From: Phycisphaeraceae bacterium | GTDB lineage: Bacteria; Planctomycetota; Phycisphaerae; Phycisphaerales; Zrk34 | NCBI GenBank assembly: GCA_028282805.1 | Contig: JANQHD010000012.1 | Coordinates: forward strand, 1 to 25,084 | Length of the DNA: 25,084 bases | Reading direction: 5' to 3' | Shown here: in pieces, positions 1 through 12,509 of the stretch | Position numbering within the stretch: position 1 is the stretch's first letter | How the letters are laid out: each line of letters starts with the position of its first letter | Notes under the pieces: generated by a model | What the model was told of the DNA's origin: nothing | What the model saw: the letters and a program-made list of their open reading frames with translations, nothing else | Databases searched by the model: none | Position numbers and translations under genes: made by a program

Positions 1-1
1 C

Positions 2-160
2 GGCGTGGTGTCGCTGGGCGACCTGAACTTCATCGGCACCAACTTCGGCAAGACCATCCCGACGGCCCCCGGAAGCCCCTCGGCCCCGGCGGTCCCCGAG
101 CCGGCGAGCCTGATGCTCCTCGGCCTCGGCGGTCTGGCGCTCGCGCGTCGGCGTCGCTGA
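2..160 (+). CDS. 3' end of a PEP-CTERM sorting-domain protein (dockerin-like GVVSLGDLNFIGTNFG module, then PEP-CTERM tail VPEPASLMLLGLGGLALARRRR); 5' partial
   Basis: Reading frame 2 ends with TGA at 158-160. The tail has the PEP motif, a hydrophobic stretch and an Arg cluster, which is the PEP-CTERM/exosortase signal. The first 50 nt are identical to 24965-25014 in the paralogous last gene of the window. Confidence 0.7.
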   Translation, partial: GVVSLGDLNFIGTNFGKTIPTAPGSPSAPAVPEPASLMLLGLGGLALARRRR

Positions 161-197
161 GACGTGATGAGTTGATGCTCACCTTGTGAAACCGAAC

Positions 198-228
198 GCC
201 CCCGGCCTTATGGCCGGGGGCTTTTTTC
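198..228 (+). terminator. Rho-independent terminator (GCCCCCGGCC-TTAT-GGCCGGGGGC then TTTTTTC)
   Basis: A perfect 10-bp GC stem followed by a T-run lies immediately after the stop codon of the PEP-CTERM fragment. It may act bidirectionally, because the lacZ-like gene on the other strand ends at 262. Confidence 0.75.
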
Positions 229-261
229 ATAGGGCGAAATGGTGTGGTTGGGGGGGCGCGA

Positions 262-3645
<3,384 letters not shown>

Positions 3646-4090
3646 TCAACGCATACGTGGAGTTGCGAAACCGAGGCCGATCGTCACGGCCCACCGCCGA
3701 AGTACGTGCTCATGATTCCGCTAAGACCCTTCGCCATTTCCGTCGCAATGATGTGTGTGGTCATGCTGTTTCCTGCGCCGCGCCGTTCGCGTTCAACCCG
3801 GACATCACGGCGCCGCACGGGGTGGGCGCGTTCGTGCCGACCGGCAACGAGATCCGCCGCATGATCACAAATCGATCGCGAGTATCAGGCCTGCGGAGGC
3901 TCGGCGTTGACAAACCCAAACCCCCAGCCGTCGCTTCAACGCGGCGGCTTTTTTCGTGGCCCATTCGTGTCCAGTGCGGACGTGATCCGGGAATTGTATC
4001 ATAGATTCCTCCTACATTCGGATCGGTGCAAGCGAGGCGGAAGGGCATCCGGTTTCGCTTGCGATCCTCGCACGCCTGACGGATTGAGAC

Positions 4091-7000
4091 ATGAAACGAT
4101 ACAGCTTGATGACGGTGACGATGGTGGTGTTGATGATGGCTTCCTGCACGCCGGCCACGCGTGAAGTGCGGTCCTTCGACTCGGGCTGGAAGTTCAGCCT
4201 GGGCGACCACCCCGGGGCGGACGCGCCGGGTTTTGCCGACAGCGCATGGCGCACGCTCGACGTGCCGCACGACTGGGCCTTTGAGGCCGATTACCACCCC
4301 GACGCGGCGCAGACCGACAAGGGCGGCTACAAGCCCGGCGGCATCGGCTGGTACCGCAAGCGTTTCGATATGCCCACGTCGTGGCAGGGCAAGCGCGTTG
4401 CCATCGAGTTCGACGCCGTGTTCATGAACAGCGAGGTGTGGGTCAACGGCCACCGCCTCGGCAAGCGGCCGTACGGCTACATCAGCTTCGCCTACGACAT
4501 GACCGAGCACCTCAAGCCCGGCGAGAACGTGATCGCGGTGCGTGTCGACAGCTCGCTCGAGCCCGCCGCACGCTGGTACCACGGCTGCGGCATCTACGGT
4601 CACGTCAAGCTCGTCGTCACCGACCCGCTGCACGTGGCGCGCGACGGCGTGTATGTCACCACGCCCAAGGTGACCAACGACAACGCGAGCGTGGCGATCG
4701 AAACAGAGATCACGAACGATCGACCCGCGGCGACCGCGTTGGTGCTGGAAACGGTACTGCTCGACCCACAGGGCAAGCAGGTCGCGTTGGATTCGAAGGC
4801 GCTCGACGCCGAGGCGGGTCAAACCGTGACGGCGAAGCAGACGCTGCGTGTGGCCAAGCCCATGCGTTGGGACACCGACACGCCGCACCTGTACAAGGCC
4901 GTCAGCCGGGTCAAGGTCGGTGGGGCGGTGGTCGATGAAACGACCACGCGCTTCGGCATCCGCACGATCCGCTGGGACGCGGCGACGGGGTTCTGGCTCA
5001 ACGGAAGGAACGTCAAGCTCAAGGGCGTCAGCGACCACCTCGAGGCCGGCCCGGTCGGCGCAGCGATCCCCGATGAACTGAACCGCTGGAAGATCCAACT
5101 GCTCAAGGACATGGGCTGCAACGCGATCCGCGTCGCGCACAACCCGCAGGTGCCGGCTTTCTACGACCTGTGCGACGAGATGGGCATGCTCGTCATGGAT
5201 GAAATCTTCGACGGCTGGAAGCGCAAGGCCCCGCACGACTACGGCGCCCAGGCGTTCGACGAGTGGTGGGAGCGCGACCTGCGCGACTGGCTGAAGCGCG
5301 ACCGCAACCACCCGTGTATCGTCATCTGGTCGGTCGGCAACGAGACTCACGGCGACGTGGCCAAGGACATCGTCAGGGTCTGCCACGAGGTCGACCCCAC
5401 GCGCCCCGTCACCTCCGGCAGCGCCAACCCGGGCGACATGGACGTGATCGGCATCAACGGCGGCAGCGAGAAGATGACCTTCTTCAAACGCCCGCCGCCG
5501 GCTAAGCCGTTCGTGTCGACCGAGGCGCCGCACACGTGGCAGGTGCGCGGCTACTACCGCACGCAGACCTGGTACCGCGACGGCAAGGACAACAAACGGC
5601 AGGCCCCGTTCCCGTGCCCCGACCTGACCGACGAGGAGATCTTCTTCTACGACTGGGCCCCGCCCGGCGGCGACCGCAACCGCAAACAGATCTTCAACTC
5701 GTCGTACGACAACGCCATGGTCCGCATCACCGCGCGTAAGAACTGGGAGCTGATGCGCGACCTGCCGTGGCACAGCGGCCACTTCCGCTGGACCGGCTTC
5801 GACTACCTCGGCGAGGCCGGCTACGTGCACGGCGGTTGGCCGTTCCGCGCCTTCATGGGCGGCGCGCTCGACTTGGCCGGTTTCAAGAAAGACCTGTACT
5901 ACTTCTACCAGAGCCAGTGGACGGATGAGCCGATGGTGCACATCCTGCCGCATTGGACGCACCCGAAGATGGAGCCCGGCACCTTGGTCCCCGTGTGGGT
6001 TTATTCCAACGCGGACGAGGTCGAGCTGTTCTTCAACGGCAAGTCGCTCGGCAAAGACAAGCCCGGCAGGCGGTGGGACCAGATGCAGTGCGACTGGATG
6101 GTGCCTTGGCAGCCGGGCAAGCTCGAAGCGGTGGGGTACCGTAACGGCAAGGTCGTGGCCCGCGCCGTGCAACAGACCGCCGGTGCGCCGGCTGCGTTGA
6201 AGGTCAGCGCGTCGGGCGAACGGTGCCCGATCGTCACCGTGGCGCAGACGGACGCGGCGGGCGTGCTCAACCCGTACGCCGAGAACCGCGTGCACTACCA
6301 CGTCGAAGGCCCGGCCCGCATCCTTTCGCTCGAAAGCGGCAACCCCGTCAACACCGAAAACAACTTCGGCCGGGCTTCGCGCGCCACGTTCTTCGGCCTC
6401 GGCCGGGCGTTCCTGCAAACCACACGCGACACCGGCGACATCACGGTCACCGTCGGCGCGATCTGCGGTGAGCCGCAGTTGTTGACATCCAGCAAGGTGC
6501 ACATCGACGTTCAGTCCGTCGCCGTGCGCGGCGATGCGCTGAAGCGTGATGTCAAGGTTTACTACACGCTCGACGGTTCAGCGCCCACCACGAGCAGCAC
6601 GCCGTACACCGGCGGCTTCGAAGTGAAGCTCGGCACGACCGTGAAGGCGGTGGTCTACGACGGCGACGAGAAGCTTTTTGAGATGGCCGAGCGTTTCGCG
6701 TCCGATCAGGGCTTGTACTGGGGCAGCCCCGACCAGGCCCCCGAAGTCGTAGCCGAGACCGGCGACCAGGCCGAGGCCGCCAAGTTCGAAGGCGCGAAGG
6801 TGAGCACGGACGGCAAGCACTACCACGGCAAGGGCTTCCTCGACTTCGGCCAGAACACCGGCTACGTGCAGTGGTACCAGGAGAACGACGGCACCGCCGG
6901 CAAGTTCACGCTGGCGATCCGTTACTCGGGCAAGGCCGGTGGCGGCCGGAAGGGTCGCGTGATGAAGCTGACCGTTAACGGCGAGGTCGTCGAACCCGAG

Positions 7001-7144
7001 CTGTTCTTCAAGAACACCGACGATTGGGGCACCAGTTGGGCCACGCTCAAGGTTGACGTGAAGCTCAAGAGCGGCGCGAACACGATCACGCTGTCCACCG
7101 TCGGCAAGGGCGGGGTGTTCATCGACGAACTGACCGTGCGATGA
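4091..7144 (+). CDS. GH2 family glycoside hydrolase (beta-galactosidase/beta-glucuronidase-like) with a lipoprotein-type signal and a C-terminal chitobiase-like + CBM6/35-like domain
   Basis: N-terminus is MKRYSLMTVTMVVLMMASC. GH2 sugar-binding motif FDSGWKF...DSAWRTLDVPHDW, GH2 signature NHPCIVIWSVGNE, the C-terminal block YYTLDGSAPTTSSTPYTGGFEV and a CBM-like tail are all present. The gene is divergent from the lacZ-like gene. Confidence 0.85.
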   Translation: MKRYSLMTVTMVVLMMASCTPATREVRSFDSGWKFSLGDHPGADAPGFADSAWRTLDVPHDWAFEADYHPDAAQTDKGGYKPGGIGWYRKRFDMPTSWQGKRVAIEFDAVFMNSEVWVNGHRLGKRPYGYISFAYDMTEHLKPGENVIAVRVDSSLEPAARWYHGCGIYGHVKLVVTDPLHVARDGVYVTTPKVTNDNASVAIETEITNDRPAATALVLETVLLDPQGKQVALDSKALDAEAGQTVTAKQTLRVAKPMRWDTDTPHLYKAVSRVKVGGAVVDETTTRFGIRTIRWDAATGFWLNGRNVKLKGVSDHLEAGPVGAAIPDELNRWKIQLLKDMGCNAIRVAHNPQVPAFYDLCDEMGMLVMDEIFDGWKRKAPHDYGAQAFDEWWERDLRDWLKRDRNHPCIVIWSVGNETHGDVAKDIVRVCHEVDPTRPVTSGSANPGDMDVIGINGGSEKMTFFKRPPPAKPFVSTEAPHTWQVRGYYRTQTWYRDGKDNKRQAPFPCPDLTDEEIFFYDWAPPGGDRNRKQIFNSSYDNAMVRITARKNWELMRDLPWHSGHFRWTGFDYLGEAGYVHGGWPFRAFMGGALDLAGFKKDLYYFYQSQWTDEPMVHILPHWTHPKMEPGTLVPVWVYSNADEVELFFNGKSLGKDKPGRRWDQMQCDWMVPWQPGKLEAVGYRNGKVVARAVQQTAGAPAALKVSASGERCPIVTVAQTDAAGVLNPYAENRVHYHVEGPARILSLESGNPVNTENNFGRASRATFFGLGRAFLQTTRDTGDITVTVGAICGEPQLLTSSKVHIDVQSVAVRGDALKRDVKVYYTLDGSAPTTSSTPYTGGFEVKLGTTVKAVVYDGDEKLFEMAERFASDQGLYWGSPDQAPEVVAETGDQAEAAKFEGAKVSTDGKHYHGKGFLDFGQNTGYVQWYQENDGTAGKFTLAIRYSGKAGGGRKGRVMKLTVNGEVVEPELFFKNTDDWGTSWATLKVDVKLKSGANTITLSTVGKGGVFIDELTVR

Positions 7145-7283
7145 GGCACCGACGGCGTGGTGAGCCGGCATTGAGTTCGACACGGGGGTCGACTATTGGC
7201 CCACCAGCTAAACCTATGCCCGTGTCGCTCTTACCGTTGCGGGCGATTGATGCGCGTAACCGGGATCGGGTGCCCCGCAGTCA

Positions 7284-7312
7284 TTGCACACGCCACGGAG
7301 AAGGTGTATAGG
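7284..7312 (+). promoter_or_regulatory. Putative sigma70-like promoter TTGCAC-17nt-TATAGG for the 7366 gene
   Basis: TTGCAC at 7284-7289, a 17-nt spacer and TATAGG at 7307-7312, about 50 nt upstream of the ATG, which has a GGAGGG RBS. A 9-bp inverted repeat (7183-7191 / 7232-7240) lies upstream and is a possible weak terminator for the GH2 gene. Confidence 0.3.
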
Positions 7313-7365
7313 TTATTCTAGGAATTGGAGCCCACCGACGGGTTTCAACAGCTGGAGGGCTTGGC

Positions 7366-9438
7366 ATGTTCGGTATCTTCGACCGTTTCGGTGTCTCTTG
7401 GTCGCTCGCCAATGTAGCCGTGTTGTTGGCCGTGGCGTTCACGCAATCGGCGTGTGCGCAAGCGATCCAATCAACCGGGGTGTTTGGCCAGGCTAAGATG
7501 GTGTTCGACGGCAAGACGCTGGCCGTGAGCACGGGCGAAGTGGCGAGGGAGTGGGCGTTGATCGAGCGGGGGCTGGCGACGGTTGAGTTGCGGTGCGGGA
7601 CGACGAGCTTCGTCGCTAAACCGCAAGCGGCTGGGGCCTGTGATTGGGACCTGGGCGGGTTGGGTAAGGCCCGGCTAATCTCGCTGAAGGCCAAGAAAGA
7701 CAACGACGAGCGGTTTACCGGCGATCATCTGCGAGTGGTAGCCGAGTTCGAGTACCCCGACGACAAGCTGAGGGTGCGGTACGTGGTGTGGGCGTATCCC
7801 GGCGCGCCGGGTTTGCGCACCCAACTCCAACTCAAGGCGTTGCCGGGGTTCGACGGTTCACGCAAGGTGTTCACGCCGCAGGTTGTTGATGCGATCGAAT
7901 TGGCCGAGCCTTGGACGCAACGCCGGGCGTTCGGCTTGATGCAGGGCATCAAGACGAGCATGGACGTGTCGATCCTCAAGGAGCAAACCGTCACGGGCAA
8001 ACGGGCCACGATCGACTGGGCGAACGGCCTGGTGCTGCAGGGCAAGGGGCGGGGCCTGACCCTGGTTAAGGAATCGAACAAGCACACCGCGCTGAAACCA
8101 AAAGATGACGTGGCGACGGGCGCATTCGTGATCGACGGCGACCGCGTGTCGGTGACCGGCGCGGGTCTTTACCCCACCGACGTAAACGCCGACGGGTACC
8201 GCACGTGCTGGGCCACATGGCTGGTTTTGCACCGCGGCGGTGAACAGGAAGGCAACCTGGCGCTGAAGCGCTTCGACCGGGCGCGCTACCCGATCAACCC
8301 GAAGCGCGACGTATTCATCATGGCCAACACCTGGGGCACGGAAGACAAGCGGCCGCCTTGCCTGCACGCGGCGCGTGAGCAGAACGTGTTGGAGGAACTC
8401 GAGTCCGTGGCGTACCTCGGGATCGACGTGCTCCAGATCGACGACGGCTGGCAGAAACCCAACTGGATGCCCGCCGCGCGATCGGGTCAGGTGCAGCACG
8501 GGCGGGGGGCCGTGGACATGTTCGGCGATTACCCCGTCTACCCCGAGGGCTGGGTCAACGTCCGCAAGAAGGCCGAGCGCCTCGGCGTCACGCTCGGGCT
8601 GTGGGCCGCGTGGACCGCGCCCACCGAGGCGTTGAAGACGAACTACGACCGGGGCAACTTCAAGCACTTCAAGCTGGATTTTGCGAAGCTCGACACAAAA
8701 TCACGGTACGACGGCCTAGTAAACAAGGCCCGTGATCTGATCAAGCACTCGAACCACACCGCGCGTGTGAACTGGGACGTGACCGAGGTTCCGCCGCGCA
8801 TGGGCTACTTCAGCGGCCGGGAGTACGGCAACATCTACCTGGCCAACCGCAAGATGCGCACCGTGCGCCACCCCGTGCTTTACGTGCCGCACAAGGTGCT
8901 CAACGACGCGTGGAACCTGTCGAGGTACGTCAACCTCAACCAGTTCCAGGTGACGGTGCAGAACGTGGACCACGTGCTCGAAGGCGCACCGACCGACGCC
9001 GGCGAGCACACCCACGAGTACGCCGTGGGCATCGCCCTGATGTCCAGCCCGATCTTCTTCCAGGAAACGCGACACTACGAACCGGCCGCGCGCCAGCGCG
9101 TGCGGCACGTCCTCTCGGCGTACAAAAAGCACCGCTTGGCGATGTACGAGGGCTACGTCTTCCCCATTGGCGACGAGCCCGACAACGCCAGCTGGACCGG
9201 CTTCCAGAACCACAACCCGCAGACCGGCAACGGCTACCTGACGGTCTTCCGCGAACGCCTGAACGAATCGGCCACCGGCACGTTTCAACTGAACTTTGTG
9301 CGCACCAACACGCTGAGAGTGACGGACCTGTTGACCGGCAAGACCTTATCGCTGCCGGTTGGCCCGGGAGGGCAGGTCGAGATCACGATCCCCGAGGCTC
9401 CGGGTTTCCGGTTCTTGAAGTACGAAACCCCGTCGTGA
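7366..9438 (+). CDS. Secreted glycoside hydrolase with a DDGW motif (alpha-galactosidase-like, GH36/GH27-type fold suspected)
   Basis: Signal peptide MFGIFDRFGVSWSLANVAVLLAVAFTQSACAQA. The motif GIDVLQIDDGWQ is typical of clan GH-D alpha-galactosidases, and FKLDFAKLD is a possible catalytic Asp region. A GGAGGG RBS sits 6 nt upstream. The family call is tentative. Confidence 0.6.
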   Translation: MFGIFDRFGVSWSLANVAVLLAVAFTQSACAQAIQSTGVFGQAKMVFDGKTLAVSTGEVAREWALIERGLATVELRCGTTSFVAKPQAAGACDWDLGGLGKARLISLKAKKDNDERFTGDHLRVVAEFEYPDDKLRVRYVVWAYPGAPGLRTQLQLKALPGFDGSRKVFTPQVVDAIELAEPWTQRRAFGLMQGIKTSMDVSILKEQTVTGKRATIDWANGLVLQGKGRGLTLVKESNKHTALKPKDDVATGAFVIDGDRVSVTGAGLYPTDVNADGYRTCWATWLVLHRGGEQEGNLALKRFDRARYPINPKRDVFIMANTWGTEDKRPPCLHAAREQNVLEELESVAYLGIDVLQIDDGWQKPNWMPAARSGQVQHGRGAVDMFGDYPVYPEGWVNVRKKAERLGVTLGLWAAWTAPTEALKTNYDRGNFKHFKLDFAKLDTKSRYDGLVNKARDLIKHSNHTARVNWDVTEVPPRMGYFSGREYGNIYLANRKMRTVRHPVLYVPHKVLNDAWNLSRYVNLNQFQVTVQNVDHVLEGAPTDAGEHTHEYAVGIALMSSPIFFQETRHYEPAARQRVRHVLSAYKKHRLAMYEGYVFPIGDEPDNASWTGFQNHNPQTGNGYLTVFRERLNESATGTFQLNFVRTNTLRVTDLLTGKTLSLPVGPGGQVEITIPEAPGFRFLKYETPS

Positions 9439-9460
9439 AACTGAATCGTTCGTTGATCAA

Positions 9461-10105
9461 GTGAAACACGAACGGTCTGCCATGCTGAAACACAACCCCG
9501 TCATCGCGATTATCCGATGCCACGAGCCGGTCGACCTGGTGGGCGTGTGCTTGGCGTTGTTCGAGGGGGGGCTCGAAGCCGTCGAAATCACCGCGCCGAC
9601 TCCGGGGGCGCTCGAGGCGGTGACGCGGCTGCGCAAGCAACTCGGCAAGGGGCAATTCATCGGCAACGGCACGGTCACCTGCGCCGATGACGCCCGCCGC
9701 TGCCTCGACGCCGGCGCGCAGTTCCTCGTGTCGCCCATCACCGATCTGCCCACGATCGAGGTTGCGCAGCAAGCCGGCGTGCCCATCCTTCCGGGGGCGT
9801 TGACGCCGACCGAGATCGTCGCGGCCGACCGGGCCGGCGCCGCCATGGTCAAGGTCTTCCCCGCCGAACAGTTGGGCCCGAGCTACATCAAGGCCGTGCT
9901 CGCGCCGCTGCCGCACCTGAGGCTCGTGCCGACCGGCGGCGTGCGGTTGCACAACATCCGTGAATGGATCGACGCCGGCGCCGCGGCGGTGGGCGTGGGC
10001 AATACGCTCATCAACCAATCGTGGGTCAAGGCCGGTAACTTCGCCGCGCTGCGCGACGAGGCGCGGCAGTGGACCGACGCCACCGCCGGCTGGTCGCCGC
10101 GCTAA
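9461..10105 (+). CDS. eda: KDPG / KDPGal aldolase (Eda/DgoA family)
   Basis: The protein matches the Eda pattern (VIAIIR...GG..AVEIT..TP...GNGTV...AGAQFLVSP...PG..TPTE...KVFPA...PTGGV). The start is uncertain: GTG at 9461 or ATG at 9482. It is co-oriented and adjacent to the glycosidases, which fits galactose catabolism by the De Ley-Doudoroff route. Confidence 0.8.
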   Translation: MKHERSAMLKHNPVIAIIRCHEPVDLVGVCLALFEGGLEAVEITAPTPGALEAVTRLRKQLGKGQFIGNGTVTCADDARRCLDAGAQFLVSPITDLPTIEVAQQAGVPILPGALTPTEIVAADRAGAAMVKVFPAEQLGPSYIKAVLAPLPHLRLVPTGGVRLHNIREWIDAGAAAVGVGNTLINQSWVKAGNFAALRDEARQWTDATAGWSPR

Positions 10106-10179
10106 ACTCAACCGCCACCATAAGGCGCGCCTCGCGATCGATGCCCGCGCCGCAGCGACCTTGCATCTTATTTCACCGG

Positions 10180-10386
10180 TCACGCCTGCTTGACGGGCGA
10201 CGGGGCGCCCAGCAGTCGGGCGATCGCGCGCACGTGCGTCTTGGTGTAACGGCGGTGGCCGCCAGCCGTACGCAGGGCGGGCGAGATGCGGCCCTGGCTC
10301 TCCCACACGCGCAGCGTCTGCGGCGACAGGCCGAAGTGGTCCGCCAGGATGCCGATGCTCAGGATGCGACGCCGAGTTGTGTTCAT
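10180..10386 (-). CDS. Small MerR-family / excisionase-like HTH DNA-binding protein (67 aa)
   Basis: MNTTRRRILSIGILADHFGLSPQTLRVWESQGRISPALRTAGGHRRYTKTHVRAIARLL is a MerR-type HTH of the size of TIGR01764 excisionase-family proteins. The ATG is at 10386. The longer track ORF (to 10656) runs over two tRNA genes and is rejected. The gene lies 27 nt downstream of the tRNA-Gln 3' end. Confidence 0.55.
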   Translation of the reverse strand: MNTTRRRILSIGILADHFGLSPQTLRVWESQGRISPALRTAGGHRRYTKTHVRAIARLLGAPSPVKQA

Positions 10387-10412
10387 GGTTGCACGCTTCG
10401 CTTTCGTAACCA

Positions 10413-10486
10413 ATGCCCTCCCGGGGCTCGAACCCGGCGCCTCCTGATTCAGAGTCAGGCGTGCAAACCCGCTACACCTGAGGGCA
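10413..10486 (-). tRNA. tRNA-Gln (anticodon CUG)
   Basis: The reverse complement folds as a cloverleaf with acceptor TGCCCTC/GAGGGCA, anticodon arm CCTGA-CTCTGAA-TCAGG and T-arm CCGGG-TTCGAGC-CCCGG. U1 is typical of Gln. There is no encoded CCA. Confidence 0.75.
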
Positions 10487-10490
10487 GCAA

Positions 10491-10574
10491 TGGGGCAGGA
10501 CGGAGTCGAACCGCCAAGGCCTATCAAGGCGTCTGGGTTACAGCCAGGTGGGCCTGCCAATGCCCAACTGCCCC
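10491..10574 (-). tRNA. tRNA-Tyr (anticodon GUA), type II with a long variable arm
   Basis: Acceptor GGGGCAG/CTGCCCC, anticodon loop CTGTAAC, variable stem-loop GCC-TTGATA-GGC, T-arm GGCGG-TTCGACT-CCGTC, A73. It is 4 nt from tRNA-Gln. Confidence 0.75.
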
Positions 10575-10580
10575 GTGTCA

Positions 10581-10670
10581 GTCTTGGGTCTTGAGGTTTG
10601 AGTCTTGAGTGGCGCAACACGATTGACTTGCTCAAGACCCAAGACTCAAGACTCATCCCTCAAGACTCAC
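10581..10670. repeat. Cluster of about 6 copies of a 10-bp motif (TGAGTCTTGA / TCAAGACTCA) in both orientations, upstream of tRNA-Tyr
   Basis: Left copies are gtcttgggtcttgag and gagtcttgag. Right copies are ctcaagaccc, caagactcaagactca and ctcaagactca. The sites are arranged as an inverted array around 10596-10630, in the 5' flank of the tRNA-Tyr/Gln transcription unit. Confidence 0.6.
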
Positions 10671-10767
10671 CCAAGCGGAAGGCGGTGGGCACGATCCACA
10701 TCCCGGTCAGGGGACCACCCGGTTAGCAACCGGGGCGCCGACCCACTCGGCGTTCACCTTCCTGATA

Positions 10768-10839
10768 AGACCGGGACGGGAATCGAACCCGTGAAAGACG
10801 GCTTTGCAGGCCGCCGCCTTGCCACTCGGCCACCCGGCC
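10768..10839 (-). tRNA. tRNA-Cys (anticodon GCA)
   Basis: Acceptor GGCCGGG/CCCGGTC, anticodon arm GCGGC-CTGCAAA-GCCGT, T-arm CGGG-TTCGATT-CCCG. The U73 discriminator is characteristic of Cys. Confidence 0.8.
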
Positions 10840-10873
10840 GGGAAAGAACGGATGGATGCGTGATTGATCGCAA

Positions 10874-10945
10874 TGCGGCCGACAGGAATCGAACCTGCTC
10901 CTCCGCCGTGGCGGGGCGGCGCTCTGCCGGTTGAGCTTCGACCGC
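10874..10945 (-). tRNA. tRNA-Gly (anticodon GCC), atypical C33
   Basis: Acceptor GCGGTCG/CGGCCGC, D-arm GCTC/GAGC, anticodon arm CCGCC-CCGCCAC-GGCGG. Position 33 is C instead of the near-universal U. T-loop TTCGATT. Confidence 0.65.
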
Positions 10946-10952
10946 TTTGAAT

Positions 10953-10997
10953 TGACCGCCGCCCGCCCCCGGAAATCCGGAAGGTCAGGCGGCGGTC
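10953..10997 (-). terminator. GC-rich hairpin (GACCGCCGCC ... GGCGGCGGTC) downstream of the SPFH gene
   Basis: A 10-bp perfect inverted repeat with an inner CCGG/CCGG hairpin lies between the SPFH stop (11008) and tRNA-Gly. No clear U-tract follows on the transcribed strand, so it is either an intrinsic-like terminator or an RNA processing structure. Confidence 0.4.
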
Positions 10998-11007
10998 GGG
11001 TCAGGGG

Positions 11008-12165
11008 TTAGTCCTCATCGTGGTCCTCGGAAAACTCGCGGAGCGCGCAGCCCTGCTCGTCGGCCGTCAGGCTGCGCACCTGCTCGACGAGGTCGCCCTT
11101 GCCGAGCACGAACGTCGCCTTGACGCCCTTGAGCACGTCGCCGATCGCCTCCAGCTCGCGCATGCGCGCCAGCTGCGGGTTCTCGGCCAGCAGCTTGGCG
11201 GTGTTCGCCTGGCTGCGCGCCGCGGCGGTGTCCTCGCGACGGCGGATGAGGTTGGCCTCGGCCTGCTTCTGGGCGAGGATCACCTCGTTGAGGATCGCCT
11301 TCATCTCGCCGGGCAGGATGATGTCCCGGAGGCCGATGCTGCGGACGACCACGCCGAACTCCTCGGCGCGCGACGCCAGGGCGTTTCGCACCTCGTTGCC
11401 GACCTGGTCCTTGTCGGTCAGCAGCTTGTCGAGCGGGCGTGTGCCGACCGCCTCACGCAGCGCCAGCTGCGCCTCGCGGTACAGCGCCTGCGCGTGGTCC
11501 GCCACGACCGTCACGGCCTTGACCGGGTCGGTGACCTGGTAAGTCGCCACGAGGTTCACACGCAGCGTGACCTTGTCGGCGGTCATGATCTCCTGGCCGG
11601 CCACGTCGGCGACCTGCTCACGCAGGTCGATGGTCTTCCAAGTGATCTTGCCCGTGCCGATCCAGTACACGTGCAGGCCCGGGCCGAGCTGCTCGATCAG
11701 CTCACCCTTACGGAACAGCAGCACGCGCTCGTGCGACTCGACGCGGATGCCGTCGAGCACCTGCGAGCCGCCGGGGAAGTTGAGCACGGCCTCGAGCTTG
11801 GGGTGGTCGAACTTGAAGTCGTTGACGTTGAACTTCTCGATCTCGATCTTGGCCGGCTTGTTCCAGAACGCGTGGCGGCCGGTCTTGAGGACCCAGCCGA
11901 GTCGGCCGTCCTTCCAGACCAGGGCACGCTCGTCGTCGTTGAGCTCCACGACGGTCAGGTGCTCGGCGACGCCGGGCTCGGCGACGAGCGTGTCGAGCAT
12001 CTTATGCTCGAACTTGCTGGATGTGCGGTCGACGATCTCGACGCGGTCGTGACCCAACCAGATGCGCGGCAGCCGGTAGGCGCCGCTGGTGAGCAGTTGC
12101 TTGAAGTCGCCGTGGCGGAACCACAGGCCGACCTCGTGCTTACGGATACGCACTTTGCTGAACAT
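11008..12165 (-). CDS. SPFH / band-7 (slipin/stomatin-like) family protein
   Basis: Contains the SPFH core (MTADKVTLRVNLVATYQVTDPVKA ... IGLRDIILPGEMKAILNEVILAQKQAEANLIRRREDTAAARSQ) and a coiled-coil C-terminal region. The start is the ATG at 12165 with an AAGGAG RBS 9 nt upstream. The longer track ORF overlaps a tRNA and is rejected. Confidence 0.75.
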   Translation of the reverse strand: MFSKVRIRKHEVGLWFRHGDFKQLLTSGAYRLPRIWLGHDRVEIVDRTSSKFEHKMLDTLVAEPGVAEHLTVVELNDDERALVWKDGRLGWVLKTGRHAFWNKPAKIEIEKFNVNDFKFDHPKLEAVLNFPGGSQVLDGIRVESHERVLLFRKGELIEQLGPGLHVYWIGTGKITWKTIDLREQVADVAGQEIMTADKVTLRVNLVATYQVTDPVKAVTVVADHAQALYREAQLALREAVGTRPLDKLLTDKDQVGNEVRNALASRAEEFGVVVRSIGLRDIILPGEMKAILNEVILAQKQAEANLIRRREDTAAARSQANTAKLLAENPQLARMRELEAIGDVLKGVKATFVLGKGDLVEQVRSLTADEQGCALREFSEDHDED

Positions 12166-12509
12166 GGTCCAGGCTCCTTGAAAACAAGGTGAAAACGATT
12201 CACCGCCGCGAACGCCACGACGAATGGTGATTTGATAAAAGCGAGTCACGGGAGGCCCGCGTGGCCCGCGCCCCGAGTTCACAGCGGAGCCGGCTTGAGC
12301 GGCATCAGGGAACGCGCTGGCGTCGCACGGCTGCGCGCCCCGAAGCGCCCACCCCCGATCGGGCTGACCTTCGAAGGCGCGGGGCCGGGTGACCGCCACG
12401 TTGTGACGCCGCGGTATCCGCCGGGCTGCGGGCTGTGTCGTCGGTGTCGCACGAGGCGACCGGCGCGGGCGGCGGGGTGGTCCCGCGACCCGTGTGGTGG
12501 CGTTGCTCA

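Noticed and set aside
3761-6502. 913-aa ORF on the minus strand
   Set aside because: It is entirely antisense to the well-supported GH2 gene at 4091-7144. Its translation is low-complexity and Arg/Ala/Gly-rich, typical of high-GC antisense frames. It has no motifs.
7858-9288. Minus-strand ORFs 7858-8667 and 8716-9288
   Set aside because: Antisense to the DDGW hydrolase gene. Low-complexity translations.
10387-10656. N-terminal 90 aa of the 158-aa track ORF 10180-10656
   Set aside because: It overlaps tRNA-Gln and tRNA-Tyr. The real gene is the 67-aa MerR-like ORF starting at the ATG at 10386.
11020-12192. 390-aa + strand ORF
   Set aside because: Mirror frame of the SPFH gene. Leu/Ala/Asp-rich low-complexity translation.
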